DNA of 64,000 nt from an uncultured SAR86 cluster bacterium. Lineage in GTDB: Bacteria > Pseudomonadota > Gammaproteobacteria > Magnimaribacterales > D2472. This document shows, piece after piece, positions 38,817 to 48,768 of this stretch. The stretch is from the NCBI GenBank assembly GCA_902547695.1, contig CACCOR010000005.1, positions 17,431 through 81,430 of the forward strand, read 5' to 3'. Position 1 is the stretch's first letter, and each line of letters opens with the position of its first letter. A model generated the notes under the pieces. That model was not told the origin of the DNA. It did no database searches and was given only the letters and a program-made list of their open reading frames with translations. The position numbers and the translations under genes were made by a program.

Positions 38817-39902
38817 TTATTTTGGCATGGATTCAACATATAGAGAAGTTGAAGGGTAGGCAAATTCAGATTTGTTGCTCTTTACAATTTTCATTATATT
38901 GAAGATCAAGTTTTCTTTTACTTCGTTAAATGCAGCAAATCCCATTGGATCAGCATAAGCAACAATCATTAAATCAATAGAGCTACCACCCAATTCAACA
39001 ATTCTTACAACAGGATCTAAATCGCCCTCTGTAGTAAAGTCATTACTTTTAATTATGTAATCTTTTATTTCATTTCTTATTGACTCAAGTTGCTCAACGC
39101 TTGTTGAGTAAATAAGATTAATTTTCCAATTGATTCTTCTATTAATCATTTCACCATGGTTAATTACTTTAACGTCAGATAAATCTTTATTAGGTATAAC
39201 CATTGGTGCAGTGTCAAAAGTTCTAATGACAGTTGATCTAAAGCCAATACTTTCTACAATTCCATGGAGCTGTCCACTTACCTCAATTCTGTCACCCGGC
39301 TGAAATCTATGCTCACCAATTATTAATATTCCTGAGATTAGATTTTTGAAGAAATCTTGTGCGCCTAATGCTACTGCCACAGAAAATAATCCCAAACCAG
39401 CAACGAGTGGACCAATTTGAATACCAAATATATCTAATATTATTGCTGCTCCAATTACCCAGACAATAAATTTTGAAGCTCTCTCAAGCCACATTTGCAT
39501 TGATGCTGTAAGCCATGAGCTTGTAGAGAGAGCAGCAAAAATTGGTTTTACACTATTTGCAAGGGCGCTGAAAATTGTAAAAATGACAAAGGCTTTTACT
39601 ATATTTGTTGCTATGTCACCAATTAAACCTGAAAGAGGTAATATTAAAGTGCAAATGTATAAAGCAATCGTGATAGGCACTAATCCAATTGGCCTTCTTA
39701 ATGCATTAAGAATTTCGTCATCTATCTTTGATTTTGTTTTACTGGCCAGCCTTTCAAGAGAATTTAGAATAATTGAAATAATAAAACCTCTAAAAAGAAA
39801 TGCTATTAAAATTACTAACAAAGAAGAAATTATTGATCCTAGATCAATACCTAAGAACCCTTTGTTCCAGACTTCAGAGATAAGATTTATAAAATTTTCC
39901 AT
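38817..39902 (-). CDS. Small-conductance mechanosensitive channel (MscS family)
   Basis: ALGAQD, GIVESIGFRST, IPN, FAYPS. Confidence 0.92.
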   Translation of the reverse strand: MENFINLISEVWNKGFLGIDLGSIISSLLVILIAFLFRGFIISIILNSLERLASKTKSKIDDEILNALRRPIGLVPITIALYICTLILPLSGLIGDIATNIVKAFVIFTIFSALANSVKPIFAALSTSSWLTASMQMWLERASKFIVWVIGAAIILDIFGIQIGPLVAGLGLFSVAVALGAQDFFKNLISGILIIGEHRFQPGDRIEVSGQLHGIVESIGFRSTVIRTFDTAPMVIPNKDLSDVKVINHGEMINRRINWKINLIYSTSVEQLESIRNEIKDYIIKSNDFTTEGDLDPVVRIVELGGSSIDLMIVAYADPMGFAAFNEVKENLIFNIMKIVKSNKSEFAYPSTSLYVESMPK

Positions 39903-39953
39903 AATAATGTTGTTATTTTATGTTTATTTTATAAATTTAAGCAAAATTGCGAG

Positions 39954-40655
39954 TTATCTTGCAGCTTTATCTTTTATAAAATAAGGTAAATATATTAAGT
40001 AAAAAACTGCAATTGCAAGCGGAGTTATAACTAACAAATGCAATGGCGGTTCTGGAAATACATCCATTAGAGAAGCACCATCTGGTTTAGCCATCAAATA
40101 CCAAAAATTTGCAGGATCACCTAACATCAAATTAATCACATAGACTATTGGCAATAATATAAAAGCAGTTATTGCTGACACTTTTAATATATCTTTTGCA
40201 TAAGGTCTATTACCAAGAGAAACTGTTGCATACATTATTCCAACAATAATCATTCCATGACCAATCATAAAAAATATGTAATCTAAATCATGATGACTTA
40301 TGTCTGGTGTAAGAATTGCCATAGATGCTCCACCCAGGCCCCAAAAAAACGCACACAAATATAAAATCCTTGGCCCACCTAATAAAAACCAAATTAGAAA
40401 TATTTCAGAAAGATCACACATATGTAGTGGAATTGTTTCTCTCCAATCGTAGGGATTTGCTAACAGATAAAGATCTTTATATGGTGAAATAATGACATGT
40501 GCAGCTATTATTCCTGCGATTATTTTGCTCATAAGAGATTTATCACTTTCAGATTTATTTTTATAGAACTTTGGTAAAAATACTGAAACTATAATCACTG
40601 AAAATATAGTTATAAGGTGAACTGTGCCAAATATTTGAAAAGGTGTACCAAACAT
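39954..40655 (-). CDS. YwaF/TIGR02206 family membrane protein
   Basis: IPLHMCD, LTPD, ANFWYL..KP. Confidence 0.8.
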   Translation of the reverse strand: MFGTPFQIFGTVHLITIFSVIIVSVFLPKFYKNKSESDKSLMSKIIAGIIAAHVIISPYKDLYLLANPYDWRETIPLHMCDLSEIFLIWFLLGGPRILYLCAFFWGLGGASMAILTPDISHHDLDYIFFMIGHGMIIVGIMYATVSLGNRPYAKDILKVSAITAFILLPIVYVINLMLGDPANFWYLMAKPDGASLMDVFPEPPLHLLVITPLAIAVFYLIYLPYFIKDKAAR

Positions 40656-40697
40656 ATTATTCCCTGTTAAATTTATAAATTCGAATTATATTATTAT

Positions 40698-42677
40698 TTA
40701 AGAGTTGTTGAAACTTTCTAGTAAAATCTGTTCTGTTAAAATCGCAGGTAAAATTTTCGACTCGCTCATTCCAGGTTTCCAAAAAATATACAACGGAACA
40801 CCATTTCTATTATAGGATTCAAGAGTTTTTAGAATTTCATCATTTTTGTTAGTCCAATCAGCAACAATGTATTGGATGTTATTTTTATAAATATATTCTT
40901 TAACATTTGGTCTTGATAAGGCAATTTTGTCATTTGTTTGGCAAGTTATGCACCACGCAGCAGTAAAATTAATTAAATAAGCTTGATTTTTGTCTTTATA
41001 TTCATTTTCTATATTTTTATTCCATTGAACATAATCGTAACTCTCAAGTTTTACCGTATTTGTTGGTTGTATTTCGTTTGAAGGAATATCTCTGAATTGA
41101 AAGAAAATTACGAAAGCTGCAATAACAAAAATAACTAATTTATAACTAGATTTATTTAGTTTTGTAGAAATCCATATTAACAAAGAGATCATTAGAATCG
41201 TCATTAAAAGAAAAATCACTTCGTTTGAAGATGTTTGAACGCTAAATACCCATATTAACCATATTGATGTCGCAAACATGGGAAATGCAAAAAATTCTTT
41301 CAAAGCAACCATCCAGTTACCTGGTTTCGGTAGATAATTTATCAAACTTGGCGAGGCTGATAATACAAAATAAGGAAATGCAAAACCTAGACCTAGTGCA
41401 GAAAATACTGGTAATGTAATTCCAGAGGGTTGAATTAATGCATAACCAAGTGCTGCGCCCATAAATGGTGCTGTGCATGGTGAGGCAACAATAACAGCCA
41501 AAATACCTGTAGAAAAGGAACCTAGTAAACTTCCGTTGGTTCCTATGCTACCAAGTCTAGTCAATGATGAGCCTATGTTAATATCGCTTAGAAGCACTAA
41601 ACCAATTACAAACATTAATAAACTTAGTAATCCAACAATAAGTGGTGACTGTAATTGAAATCCCCAGCCTAAATATAAACCAGCTTGTTTTAGTAAAATC
41701 ATTGCAAATCCAATAAGAAGAAATGAAATCATCACTCCAGCACAAAACGATAGGGAATGAGCTCTAATTTTTGATGGAGATTGATTACTCATTGATACAA
41801 AACTTAGAACTTTTAATGAAATTATTGGAAAAACGCATGGCATTAAATTTAAAATTAGACCACCTACAAACGCAAAAATTAAAGCTTGTAAAAATGAAAT
41901 ATTAAGTGAGTTTTTAGTAGCATTTTCAATTTCAGTATCAATTATATAACTCTCGTTATCATTAATAGTTAATACTCCAGATAAATACTCAAAAGATTTA
42001 AGATCATCTAATTTTTTAATCTTAAGCAGATAATTATTTTCTTCTTTAATAAGCTTTTGATCTGCAGCATGCTCAATAATATCTTGGTTATCGATAAAAA
42101 ATGTTACGTAACCAACATCGAAAGGCCAAGAAAACCTTATATTTATGAACTCACTATCTAGTGATGCCCTCACTGGAAGTATCTGAGATGGAACTTTTAA
42201 AAACCAATCATACAGCTCAGCATCATTTTTAATTTCATTAAGATTTGTTTTGATTAATGCTTTTTCTGGAACACAAATATCATCACATATTAAAAAATCT
42301 ATATTTGCCTCAATAAATGAATTCTTATCATTAGAGTTATTAATCTCGTAGGGAAAAATTACAAAATTCTTATACCCATATGTCATTAGTGGTTCATATG
42401 GTATTAAAGTTGGGGTTGGCCAGTATAACTCGCTAATTGAAATATTGTCGTCATGAGACCATTTAACTTTTATTGGGCCTCCTGAATCACCAGGGTTTTT
42501 CCAGTAGGTATGCCAATTTTCTTGCATATCCATTTTAATACCAATAAGAGCTTGGCTTTTACCTTCTTTTACATTTTCAAACTTTACCAACGAGACATTT
42601 GCATGACCGGTATCAACAGTCACTGCATTTGTGGCTAAGCAAAAAAATAGTAGAAAGGATATTTTAAGAAATTTCAT
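40698..42677 (-). CDS. Protein-disulfide reductase, DsbD family
   Basis: WHTYWKNPG, CDDIC, NLMPCVFP, ASPCTAP, WCITC, GVP. Start reassigned to MKFLK because the upstream ATG lies inside a hairpin. Confidence 0.9.
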   Translation of the reverse strand: MKFLKISFLLFFCLATNAVTVDTGHANVSLVKFENVKEGKSQALIGIKMDMQENWHTYWKNPGDSGGPIKVKWSHDDNISISELYWPTPTLIPYEPLMTYGYKNFVIFPYEINNSNDKNSFIEANIDFLICDDICVPEKALIKTNLNEIKNDAELYDWFLKVPSQILPVRASLDSEFINIRFSWPFDVGYVTFFIDNQDIIEHAADQKLIKEENNYLLKIKKLDDLKSFEYLSGVLTINDNESYIIDTEIENATKNSLNISFLQALIFAFVGGLILNLMPCVFPIISLKVLSFVSMSNQSPSKIRAHSLSFCAGVMISFLLIGFAMILLKQAGLYLGWGFQLQSPLIVGLLSLLMFVIGLVLLSDINIGSSLTRLGSIGTNGSLLGSFSTGILAVIVASPCTAPFMGAALGYALIQPSGITLPVFSALGLGFAFPYFVLSASPSLINYLPKPGNWMVALKEFFAFPMFATSIWLIWVFSVQTSSNEVIFLLMTILMISLLIWISTKLNKSSYKLVIFVIAAFVIFFQFRDIPSNEIQPTNTVKLESYDYVQWNKNIENEYKDKNQAYLINFTAAWCITCQTNDKIALSRPNVKEYIYKNNIQYIVADWTNKNDEILKTLESYNRNGVPLYIFWKPGMSESKILPAILTEQILLESFNNS

Positions 42678-42704
42678 GAAATGTAATTTTATCCTATTTA
42701 ACAT

Positions 42705-42727
42705 ATGGGGTGCATTATGCACCCCAT
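42705..42727. terminator. Perfect inverted repeat downstream of ibpA
   Basis: ATGGGGTGCAT-T-ATGCACCCCAT, 15 nt after the ibpA stop; no clear U tract. Confidence 0.6.
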
Positions 42728-42742
42728 TTCACATTATATGAG

Positions 42743-43195
42743 TTATTTACTTGAGATTCTTTTTGGTGATTTAATCTCAATCATCCTAGGTTTCTTTTCA
42801 TCAGGAATAATTTTCTCAAGACTAATAGTTAATAAACCATTAATCAATTCTGCACCTTGAACAACGACATCCTCAGAAAGGGTAAATTGCTGTTTAAATG
42901 CTCTTTGAGCAATTCCTTGATATACAACCTTATTTTCACCATTAACAACCTCAGTGGTTGGCCCATCGTAACTTACTGAAAGAACTCCTTCAGCAAGCTC
43001 TATCTGGATATCATCTTTTGACAATCCAGCTACAGCAATCTCAATGGCAAAATAATTACCATTTTTGCTAATGTTATATGGCGGATAGCTTGATGATCTA
43101 TCATTAGACTCAGAGAGTCTTTGTAATCTATCAAACAAAGGTTCGAACCCTAGTACACGCGTTGTGAAAAATGGGTCTGTAAAGTTAAGTATCAT
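42743..43195 (-). CDS. ibpA: Small heat shock protein IbpA/Hsp20
   Basis: SYPPYNI, AVAG, YQGIAQRAF, NGLLTI, KKPRMIEI. SD AAGGAGG places the start at 43195. Confidence 0.93.
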   Translation of the reverse strand: MILNFTDPFFTTRVLGFEPLFDRLQRLSESNDRSSSYPPYNISKNGNYFAIEIAVAGLSKDDIQIELAEGVLSVSYDGPTTEVVNGENKVVYQGIAQRAFKQQFTLSEDVVVQGAELINGLLTISLEKIIPDEKKPRMIEIKSPKRISSK

Positions 43196-43285
43196 AATAG
43201 TCCTCCTTAAAAGCGACTTGATAAATGTGCATCTAATAAAAGCATACACTTATTAATGCGAAGATCCGTTATGGCATCTTCATCA
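43196..43285 (-). promoter_or_regulatory. ROSE-like RNA thermometer in the ibpA 5' UTR
   Basis: Minus strand AGUCGCUUUUAAGGAGGACU: UCGCU pairs over the SD with a bulged G. Upstream hairpin GAAGAUGCCAUAACGGAUCUUC. Confidence 0.75.
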
Positions 43286-43291
43286 ACTATT

Positions 43292-43319
43292 ATTTATAGC
43301 CATTATTAACTATTTCAAG
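43292..43319 (-). promoter_or_regulatory. Probable sigma32 promoter of ibpA
   Basis: Minus strand CTTGAAA matches the RpoH -35 element; the -10 (GCTATAAAT) is degenerate. Confidence 0.5.
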
Positions 43320-43389
43320 CTTTATTTTTTTGTAATTTTAAAATATCCTTATACAAGAACTTTATTTAAATTCAATTGTCAAAATTATT

Positions 43390-43794
43390 ATGAAAACCAA
43401 ATTTATTTTGCTTATATTTATATTTTCTTTTACTGCAGTTTTTAATGCTAAAGATGCACAACCTTCTATTGAACAGGGTCAAACATGGTATCTAGAATCA
43501 AGGAGCAATAAACTGACTCCTTCAAGTAGCAAGGTTTTATATTTTTTTTCTAATGATGCATATAACACCTACCAGGCACGAATATTTTCAGATTGGGATA
43601 GGTTTTCTATTATAGATTCAAGAAACTTAGTTAGATTAAATAAAGGCGACAGGATTGAAATTTTAAACTCCAAACATTTTGAAAAAATATATGAAGTTAA
43701 GCTTTTAGATGGCTTTGAGAAAAATAGAAAATACTATGTTATAAAAGATGATCTTATTAGACACTATAAACTATCGAAAGGCGAAGAAACTTGA
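43390..43794 (+). CDS. Exported hypothetical protein
   Basis: Signal peptide; overlaps the next gene. Confidence 0.6.
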   Translation: MKTKFILLIFIFSFTAVFNAKDAQPSIEQGQTWYLESRSNKLTPSSSKVLYFFSNDAYNTYQARIFSDWDRFSIIDSRNLVRLNKGDRIEILNSKHFEKIYEVKLLDGFEKNRKYYVIKDDLIRHYKLSKGEET

Positions 43795-44246
43795 AAAATT
43801 TTTTATTTATAGCACTTATTTTTATCACATCCTCATGTGTAAATAATTCATTGCAGCCAGATGTTGTTTCAAGATCAGATGCTCAAAAACAACAAAATGT
43901 TGTTTTTGGAACAATTAGAGATATTTCAATGTTAACAATTGAAGGTGACAGAGAAGTTGGTGCTGCTGCTGGAGCAGCTATTGGGGCGGCTGTTGGCAAA
44001 AATACAACTGATTCAGAACCAGAATCTGATATTGCTGCAGTTGTAGGAGGTTTGGTTGGTTCAGCTGTTGGATCTGAGATTGGTTCAGCATTAACAAAGA
44101 AAGATGGAGTTGAATTATTGATAGAGACCGAATCTGGTAGCTTTGTTTCCATCATTCAAGAGGCAGGTAATTTTTCATATAATACCGGTCAAAAAGTAAG
44201 AATCATAAAAAGAAATGGAAAATCTAGAGTTATTCCTTTTGAATAA
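43791..44246 (+). CDS. SlyB/Pcp-like glycine-zipper outer membrane lipoprotein
   Basis: Lipobox TSSC, glycine-zipper helices, SIIQE...GQKVR. Confidence 0.85.
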   Translation: MKNFLFIALIFITSSCVNNSLQPDVVSRSDAQKQQNVVFGTIRDISMLTIEGDREVGAAAGAAIGAAVGKNTTDSEPESDIAAVVGGLVGSAVGSEIGSALTKKDGVELLIETESGSFVSIIQEAGNFSYNTGQKVRIIKRNGKSRVIPFE

Positions 44247-44698
44247 TGTCAGATGATCTATTTAATATCATATATAACAAATCTCTAGATTTATTATCGA
44301 GAAGAGAACACTCATTTAAAGAAATTAAAGAAAAGCTTTCTGCGCGCTTTGAAAATAAAAAAATAATAGAATCTGTTATTGAAAAACTTAGTGACAATAA
44401 CTTAGTAAATAATACACGATATGCTGAAGCCTATGTATCGGCTAGAAAAAGAAAAGGATTTGGGCCTAAAAAGATTGCTTTTGAATTGTCATCAAAAGGT
44501 GTTGATGAATCAGTAACAAATAGCGTAATTATTGAAGAGGGCGATTGGGAATCGGCTGCTAAATTAGCTTTTTCAAAAAAATTCAAAGATGGTCCTAGTC
44601 CTGATATCAAAGAAAAATTAAAACAAAAAAGTTTTTTACAAAATAGAGGTTTTAGATTTAAAGAAATCGAATCAGTTTTTGGTAATGACATGTTATGA
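44246..44698 (+). CDS. recX: Regulatory protein RecX
   Basis: LLSRREHS, KGFGP, L..KGV, FLQNRGF. Confidence 0.9.
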   Translation: MSDDLFNIIYNKSLDLLSRREHSFKEIKEKLSARFENKKIIESVIEKLSDNNLVNNTRYAEAYVSARKRKGFGPKKIAFELSSKGVDESVTNSVIIEEGDWESAAKLAFSKKFKDGPSPDIKEKLKQKSFLQNRGFRFKEIESVFGNDML

Positions 44699-44707
44699 TT
44701 CAATGCT

Positions 44708-46288
44708 ATGTCTTATGAGGTTTTAGCTAGAAAATATAGACCATCATGTTTTGAAGAAGTTATTGGTCAAGAGCATGTCGTGAAGGCTTTGATAAACAGT
44801 ATTGAGTCTGAAAAAATTCACCAAGCATTTATATTTTCAGGTACAAGGGGAGTTGGTAAGACTACTATTGCGAGAATTTTAGCAAAATGTTTAAACTGTG
44901 AGAGTAGCACCAAACCAACATCAGTACCGTGTAATAAATGTTCTAATACTATTGAAATAACTGCCGGTAGAAGCGTTGACTTTCTAGAAATTGATGCTGC
45001 ATCTAACACTCAAGTTGAGAAAATAAGGGACTTAATAGAAACAGTTGAATATAAACCTGCTAAAGGTAGATATAAGATTTTTCTCATCGATGAAGTTCAT
45101 ATGCTTTCTACTGCAAGTTTCAATGCGCTTTTAAAGACCTTAGAAGAACCACCGCCTCATGTTGTATTTATATTTGCAACAACCAATCCAGAAAAAATTC
45201 CAAAGACAGTTCAATCAAGGTGTTTGCAGCTAAATCTTAAAACAGTTAATGAAGAAATGCTGAACAACCACTTAAATCAGATATTAAAAAAAGAAAAAAT
45301 CAAACATGATGATAAGAGTACTGAATTAATATCAAAATCTGCAAATGGATCTGTAAGAGATGCTTTGACAATTCTTGATCAAGCAATAGCGCATGGTAAT
45401 GGCGAGCTTAATAGCAATGAAGTAAAAAAACTGTTAGGAACAATTGATGATTCACTTTTATTTGAGCTCCTAGAGGGTGTAGTCGATGGAGATGGTAAGA
45501 AAGTTTTTGATAAGCTTGCTGAAATTGAACAGTTATTACCAGAATATGATGTTATTCTTCGAGATTTGATAAGCATTCTTCATCAAGTTTCACTTGAACA
45601 GGTTCTAAATAATTCAGAAAGTGAAAATATAATAAGCATATCAAAGAAAATTGATAAAGAGTTTTGTCAACTTTTATACGAAATTGGCATGAATTCTTTT
45701 ACTAGATTTTCTGTACATCCAAGTCCTAAAGAATGCCTTGAAATTTGTTTATTAAGAATGCTTACATTTAATCCTCTTCAGAAACTTTCAGAAAATAACC
45801 AAAACTCTAATCCAGGTAATGCAGAAAAAAAAAGTCTCAAAAAAGTTGATGAAGAAATAAAAAGAGATAACAGTCCTTCGTCTGAAGAATCAAGCGAAAA
45901 AAAGTTCCTTAACAATAATGAAGATTGGGTGAAATTATTTAACTCTCTAGAATTAAGCCCCTTTGCGAGAAATTATTTTGGAAATATGTCGTTACTTTTG
46001 CACAACGATGAGGGCATTATTTTAAAAGCAGATATAAATTTAGGTGAAGTCCCAGAGAATATTATGTCGGAATTTAAAACTACCTTGGAAAGTATATTTT
46101 TAAATAAAATTAATATTAAAATTGAGAAAGGAGATGTAATTAATTCTCCAATACAATTAAATGAAAGTAAAATAGAAGAAGAAGAAAACTTGGCAAAAGA
46201 TCAAATTAGCAAAGATAAAGAAATACAAGATTTCGTTGAAAAATTTAATGGAAAGATAAAACCAGAAACCATTAAACCCTCAAAGTAG
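44708..46288 (+). CDS. dnaX: DNA polymerase III subunit gamma/tau
   Basis: LARKYRP, GTRGVGKTT, DEVHML, LLKTLEEPP, SRC. Confidence 0.96.
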   Translation: MSYEVLARKYRPSCFEEVIGQEHVVKALINSIESEKIHQAFIFSGTRGVGKTTIARILAKCLNCESSTKPTSVPCNKCSNTIEITAGRSVDFLEIDAASNTQVEKIRDLIETVEYKPAKGRYKIFLIDEVHMLSTASFNALLKTLEEPPPHVVFIFATTNPEKIPKTVQSRCLQLNLKTVNEEMLNNHLNQILKKEKIKHDDKSTELISKSANGSVRDALTILDQAIAHGNGELNSNEVKKLLGTIDDSLLFELLEGVVDGDGKKVFDKLAEIEQLLPEYDVILRDLISILHQVSLEQVLNNSESENIISISKKIDKEFCQLLYEIGMNSFTRFSVHPSPKECLEICLLRMLTFNPLQKLSENNQNSNPGNAEKKSLKKVDEEIKRDNSPSSEESSEKKFLNNNEDWVKLFNSLELSPFARNYFGNMSLLLHNDEGIILKADINLGEVPENIMSEFKTTLESIFLNKINIKIEKGDVINSPIQLNESKIEEEENLAKDQISKDKEIQDFVEKFNGKIKPETIKPSK

Positions 46289-46291
46289 AAA

Positions 46292-46888
46292 ATGAACCAA
46301 GATCTATTAAATGAACTCATAAATGCATTGACAATCCTACCTGGAGTTGGCAAAAAATCTGCTCAAAGAATGGCATTATATTTACTTGATAGGAATAAAG
46401 ATGGCGCTAGTATATTAGCAAATACTTTATCTGATGCCATCGAAAGTATCCAAAGATGCTCAAATTGCAGAATGCTTACATCTAATAATTTATGTGGAGT
46501 TTGCTCCGACTCAACAAGAGACAAAAACAGCATTTGTGTTGTTGAGAGCCCATCTGATGTATTAGCTATTGAATCAACTGGTGGCTTCAGAGGCAGATAT
46601 TTTGTGTTATTAGGAAGGCTTTCGCCAATTGATGGTATTGGACCTGAAGATTTGGGTATTGATGACCTCTTAAACATTACTAATAATGATGAAGTAAAAG
46701 AAGTAATTCTTGCAACTAGTAGCACTGTAGAAGGTGATGCAACAGCAATATTTATAAAAGATCATATAACAAATGCTAAGGTTTCAAGAATTTCTTATGG
46801 TATTCCAATTGGAGGAGAGTTAGAGTATGTTGATGGAACTACAATTGCTCGGGCAATAGAGGGAAGGATAGAAATAGATGTCGATTAA
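46292..46888 (+). CDS. recR: Recombination mediator RecR
   Basis: [12 protein letters not shown]4 zinc finger, [16 protein letters not shown]. Confidence 0.96.
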   Translation: MNQDLLNELINALTILPGVGKKSAQRMALYLLDRNKDGASILANTLSDAIESIQRCSNCRMLTSNNLCGVCSDSTRDKNSICVVESPSDVLAIESTGGFRGRYFVLLGRLSPIDGIGPEDLGIDDLLNITNNDEVKEVILATSSTVEGDATAIFIKDHITNAKVSRISYGIPIGGELEYVDGTTIARAIEGRIEIDVD

Positions 46889-47447
46889 ATCAGATAAATG
46901 GATTCAAAAAATGTCACAAGAGCACAATATGATTGATCCATTTTCAAAAAATCAAGTAAGGCTTGATAATAATGGCAATAAACTAATTTCTTACGGTGTG
47001 TCTAGTTATGGATATGACGTCAGATGCTCAAATGAATTTAAAGTTTTTACAAACATTCATTCTGCTATAGTCGATCCCAAGTCATTTGATGAAAAAAGTT
47101 TTGTGGACATTAATTCAGATGTTTGTGTTATTCCTCCAAACTCTTTTGCATTAGCTAGAACCGTTGAGTATTTTAAAATTCCCAGGAATATTCTCACTGT
47201 ATGTTTAGGAAAATCAACATATGCAAGATGTGGAATTATTGTAAACGTAACTCCACTTGAACCCGAATGGGAGGGTCATGTTACTCTTGAGTTCTCAAAT
47301 ACAACGAATCTTCCTGCAAAAATTTATGCCGGAGAGGGAGTTGCTCAAATGTTGTTTTTTGAATCAGATGAAGAGTGTGAGATAAGTTACAAAGATCGTG
47401 ATGGAAAATATCAAGGACAAACCGGGGTTACTTTACCCAAGACTTAA
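46878..47447 (+). CDS. dcd: dCTP deaminase
   Basis: [29 protein letters not shown]. Confidence 0.96.
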   Translation: MSIKSDKWIQKMSQEHNMIDPFSKNQVRLDNNGNKLISYGVSSYGYDVRCSNEFKVFTNIHSAIVDPKSFDEKSFVDINSDVCVIPPNSFALARTVEYFKIPRNILTVCLGKSTYARCGIIVNVTPLEPEWEGHVTLEFSNTTNLPAKIYAGEGVAQMLFFESDEECEISYKDRDGKYQGQTGVTLPKT

Positions 47448-48119
47448 AACCTCTAGAAGCTTTAATGTATTAGTCCTTTCAGGACTAGCATCAATTATTT
47501 TAATGAACATGTATTCGAGCTCTTCAGCAAGATAATAAGTTACCTTTCTATTGCTATTTAATCTTGATCTTTCAAGTATTACGCATTTTAATGTTTCTCC
47601 ATTGAAGATACATTCCTCAAGTCCAACAACATTAAATTCGTAAGATTTAGATCCTCCTTCTTCCATGTCCACAATATTAATTTTGAAACTTTTTAAACCA
47701 TGTTTTACGTTTGTTCTTATCATAATTTGAACATTTAAAGGATCATATACTAAATCATCTTTCAAAGATGCAACCCAATTGTTTATGCCTTCAGAGCGAA
47801 CCTCCATAGTCTCATAATCAAAATTTAAGTATTGATCTCTATCTAGAAATTTTGGTCTGATTTTTATTTCATACGAATCTGAAATAACTTCGCTATTTTT
47901 AATTTCAAACTTAGATAAAAAAAATAAACTAGCAAAAAGATTTGATGCCTTGAATCTCATTTCAAAGCCATTTTCAGTTTTATAGAATTCTCTTATTCCA
48001 GAGATTGATATTTCTTCTGATTCAAAATTATATTTTGCTGAATAGGGAGGTATTTCAGATGAAACCACATTGATTGATAAAAAAATTATCAACAAAAAAT
48101 TTATAACTTTATATTTCAT
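47433..48119 (-). CDS. DUF3108-like exported protein
   Basis: Signal peptide, PYSAKY, YDPL, beta-rich; usual neighbour of purN. Confidence 0.6.
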   Translation of the reverse strand: MKYKVINFLLIIFLSINVVSSEIPPYSAKYNFESEEISISGIREFYKTENGFEMRFKASNLFASLFFLSKFEIKNSEVISDSYEIKIRPKFLDRDQYLNFDYETMEVRSEGINNWVASLKDDLVYDPLNVQIMIRTNVKHGLKSFKINIVDMEEGGSKSYEFNVVGLEECIFNGETLKCVILERSRLNSNRKVTYYLAEELEYMFIKIIDASPERTNTLKLLEVLSLG

Positions 48120-48759
48120 AACTTCTTTTAATTAGCTTGTGGTTGTGTAAATTAATATTACGATATTTAACTTCGTTATTATCTAGATAAATATTTTCAT
48201 TGCAAATCTCATTGATAATTTCTGGAAGCAATAAGTGTTCAATCTTATGAATGCGTTTAATTATATTTTCCAAAGTTTCATCTTTACTTATATCTATAAA
48301 CCCTTGAGCAATTAATGGACCATCATCTAATTCAGATGAAACATAATGTATTGAAATGCCATGATGAGTATCTTTATTTTCAAGAACTTTTTCATGAGTA
48401 TGTAATCCTGGATACATAGGAAGAAGAGAAGGGTGAAGATTGATCATTTTATTGGAAAATTTAGATGTAATTTTAGTACCAAGTATTCTCATGAAACCTG
48501 CCAAAACAATTAAATCTGGACTGAGCGTATCTAGGCAATCTTCTAATGAATTTTCAAAATCAATTCTTGATGAAAACTTTTTATGATCAATAATTGTTGA
48601 TGGAATATTAAACTTTGCTGCCCTGGTTAGACCATAAGCATCTGGATTATTAGATATTACATGAATAACTCTCCCATTAATCTTTTTGGCAGCGCATGAT
48701 TCTATGATTGCTTCCAAGTTAGAACCACTGCCTGATATCAAGACTACGATTTTTTTCAT
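48109..48759 (-). CDS. purN: Phosphoribosylglycinamide formyltransferase
   Basis: SGSGSNL, LAGFMRIL, NLHPSLLP, LDDGP. Confidence 0.96.
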   Translation of the reverse strand: MKKIVVLISGSGSNLEAIIESCAAKKINGRVIHVISNNPDAYGLTRAAKFNIPSTIIDHKKFSSRIDFENSLEDCLDTLSPDLIVLAGFMRILGTKITSKFSNKMINLHPSLLPMYPGLHTHEKVLENKDTHHGISIHYVSSELDDGPLIAQGFIDISKDETLENIIKRIHKIEHLLLPEIINEICNENIYLDNNEVKYRNINLHNHKLIKRSYEI

Positions 48760-48768
48760 TTTAATTAT

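Noticed and set aside
42700-42735. Sigma32-like promoter for dsbD (GTGAAA...CCCCATAT on the minus strand)
   Set aside because: The CCCCAT is one arm of a perfect inverted repeat after the ibpA stop and is more simply explained as the hairpin.
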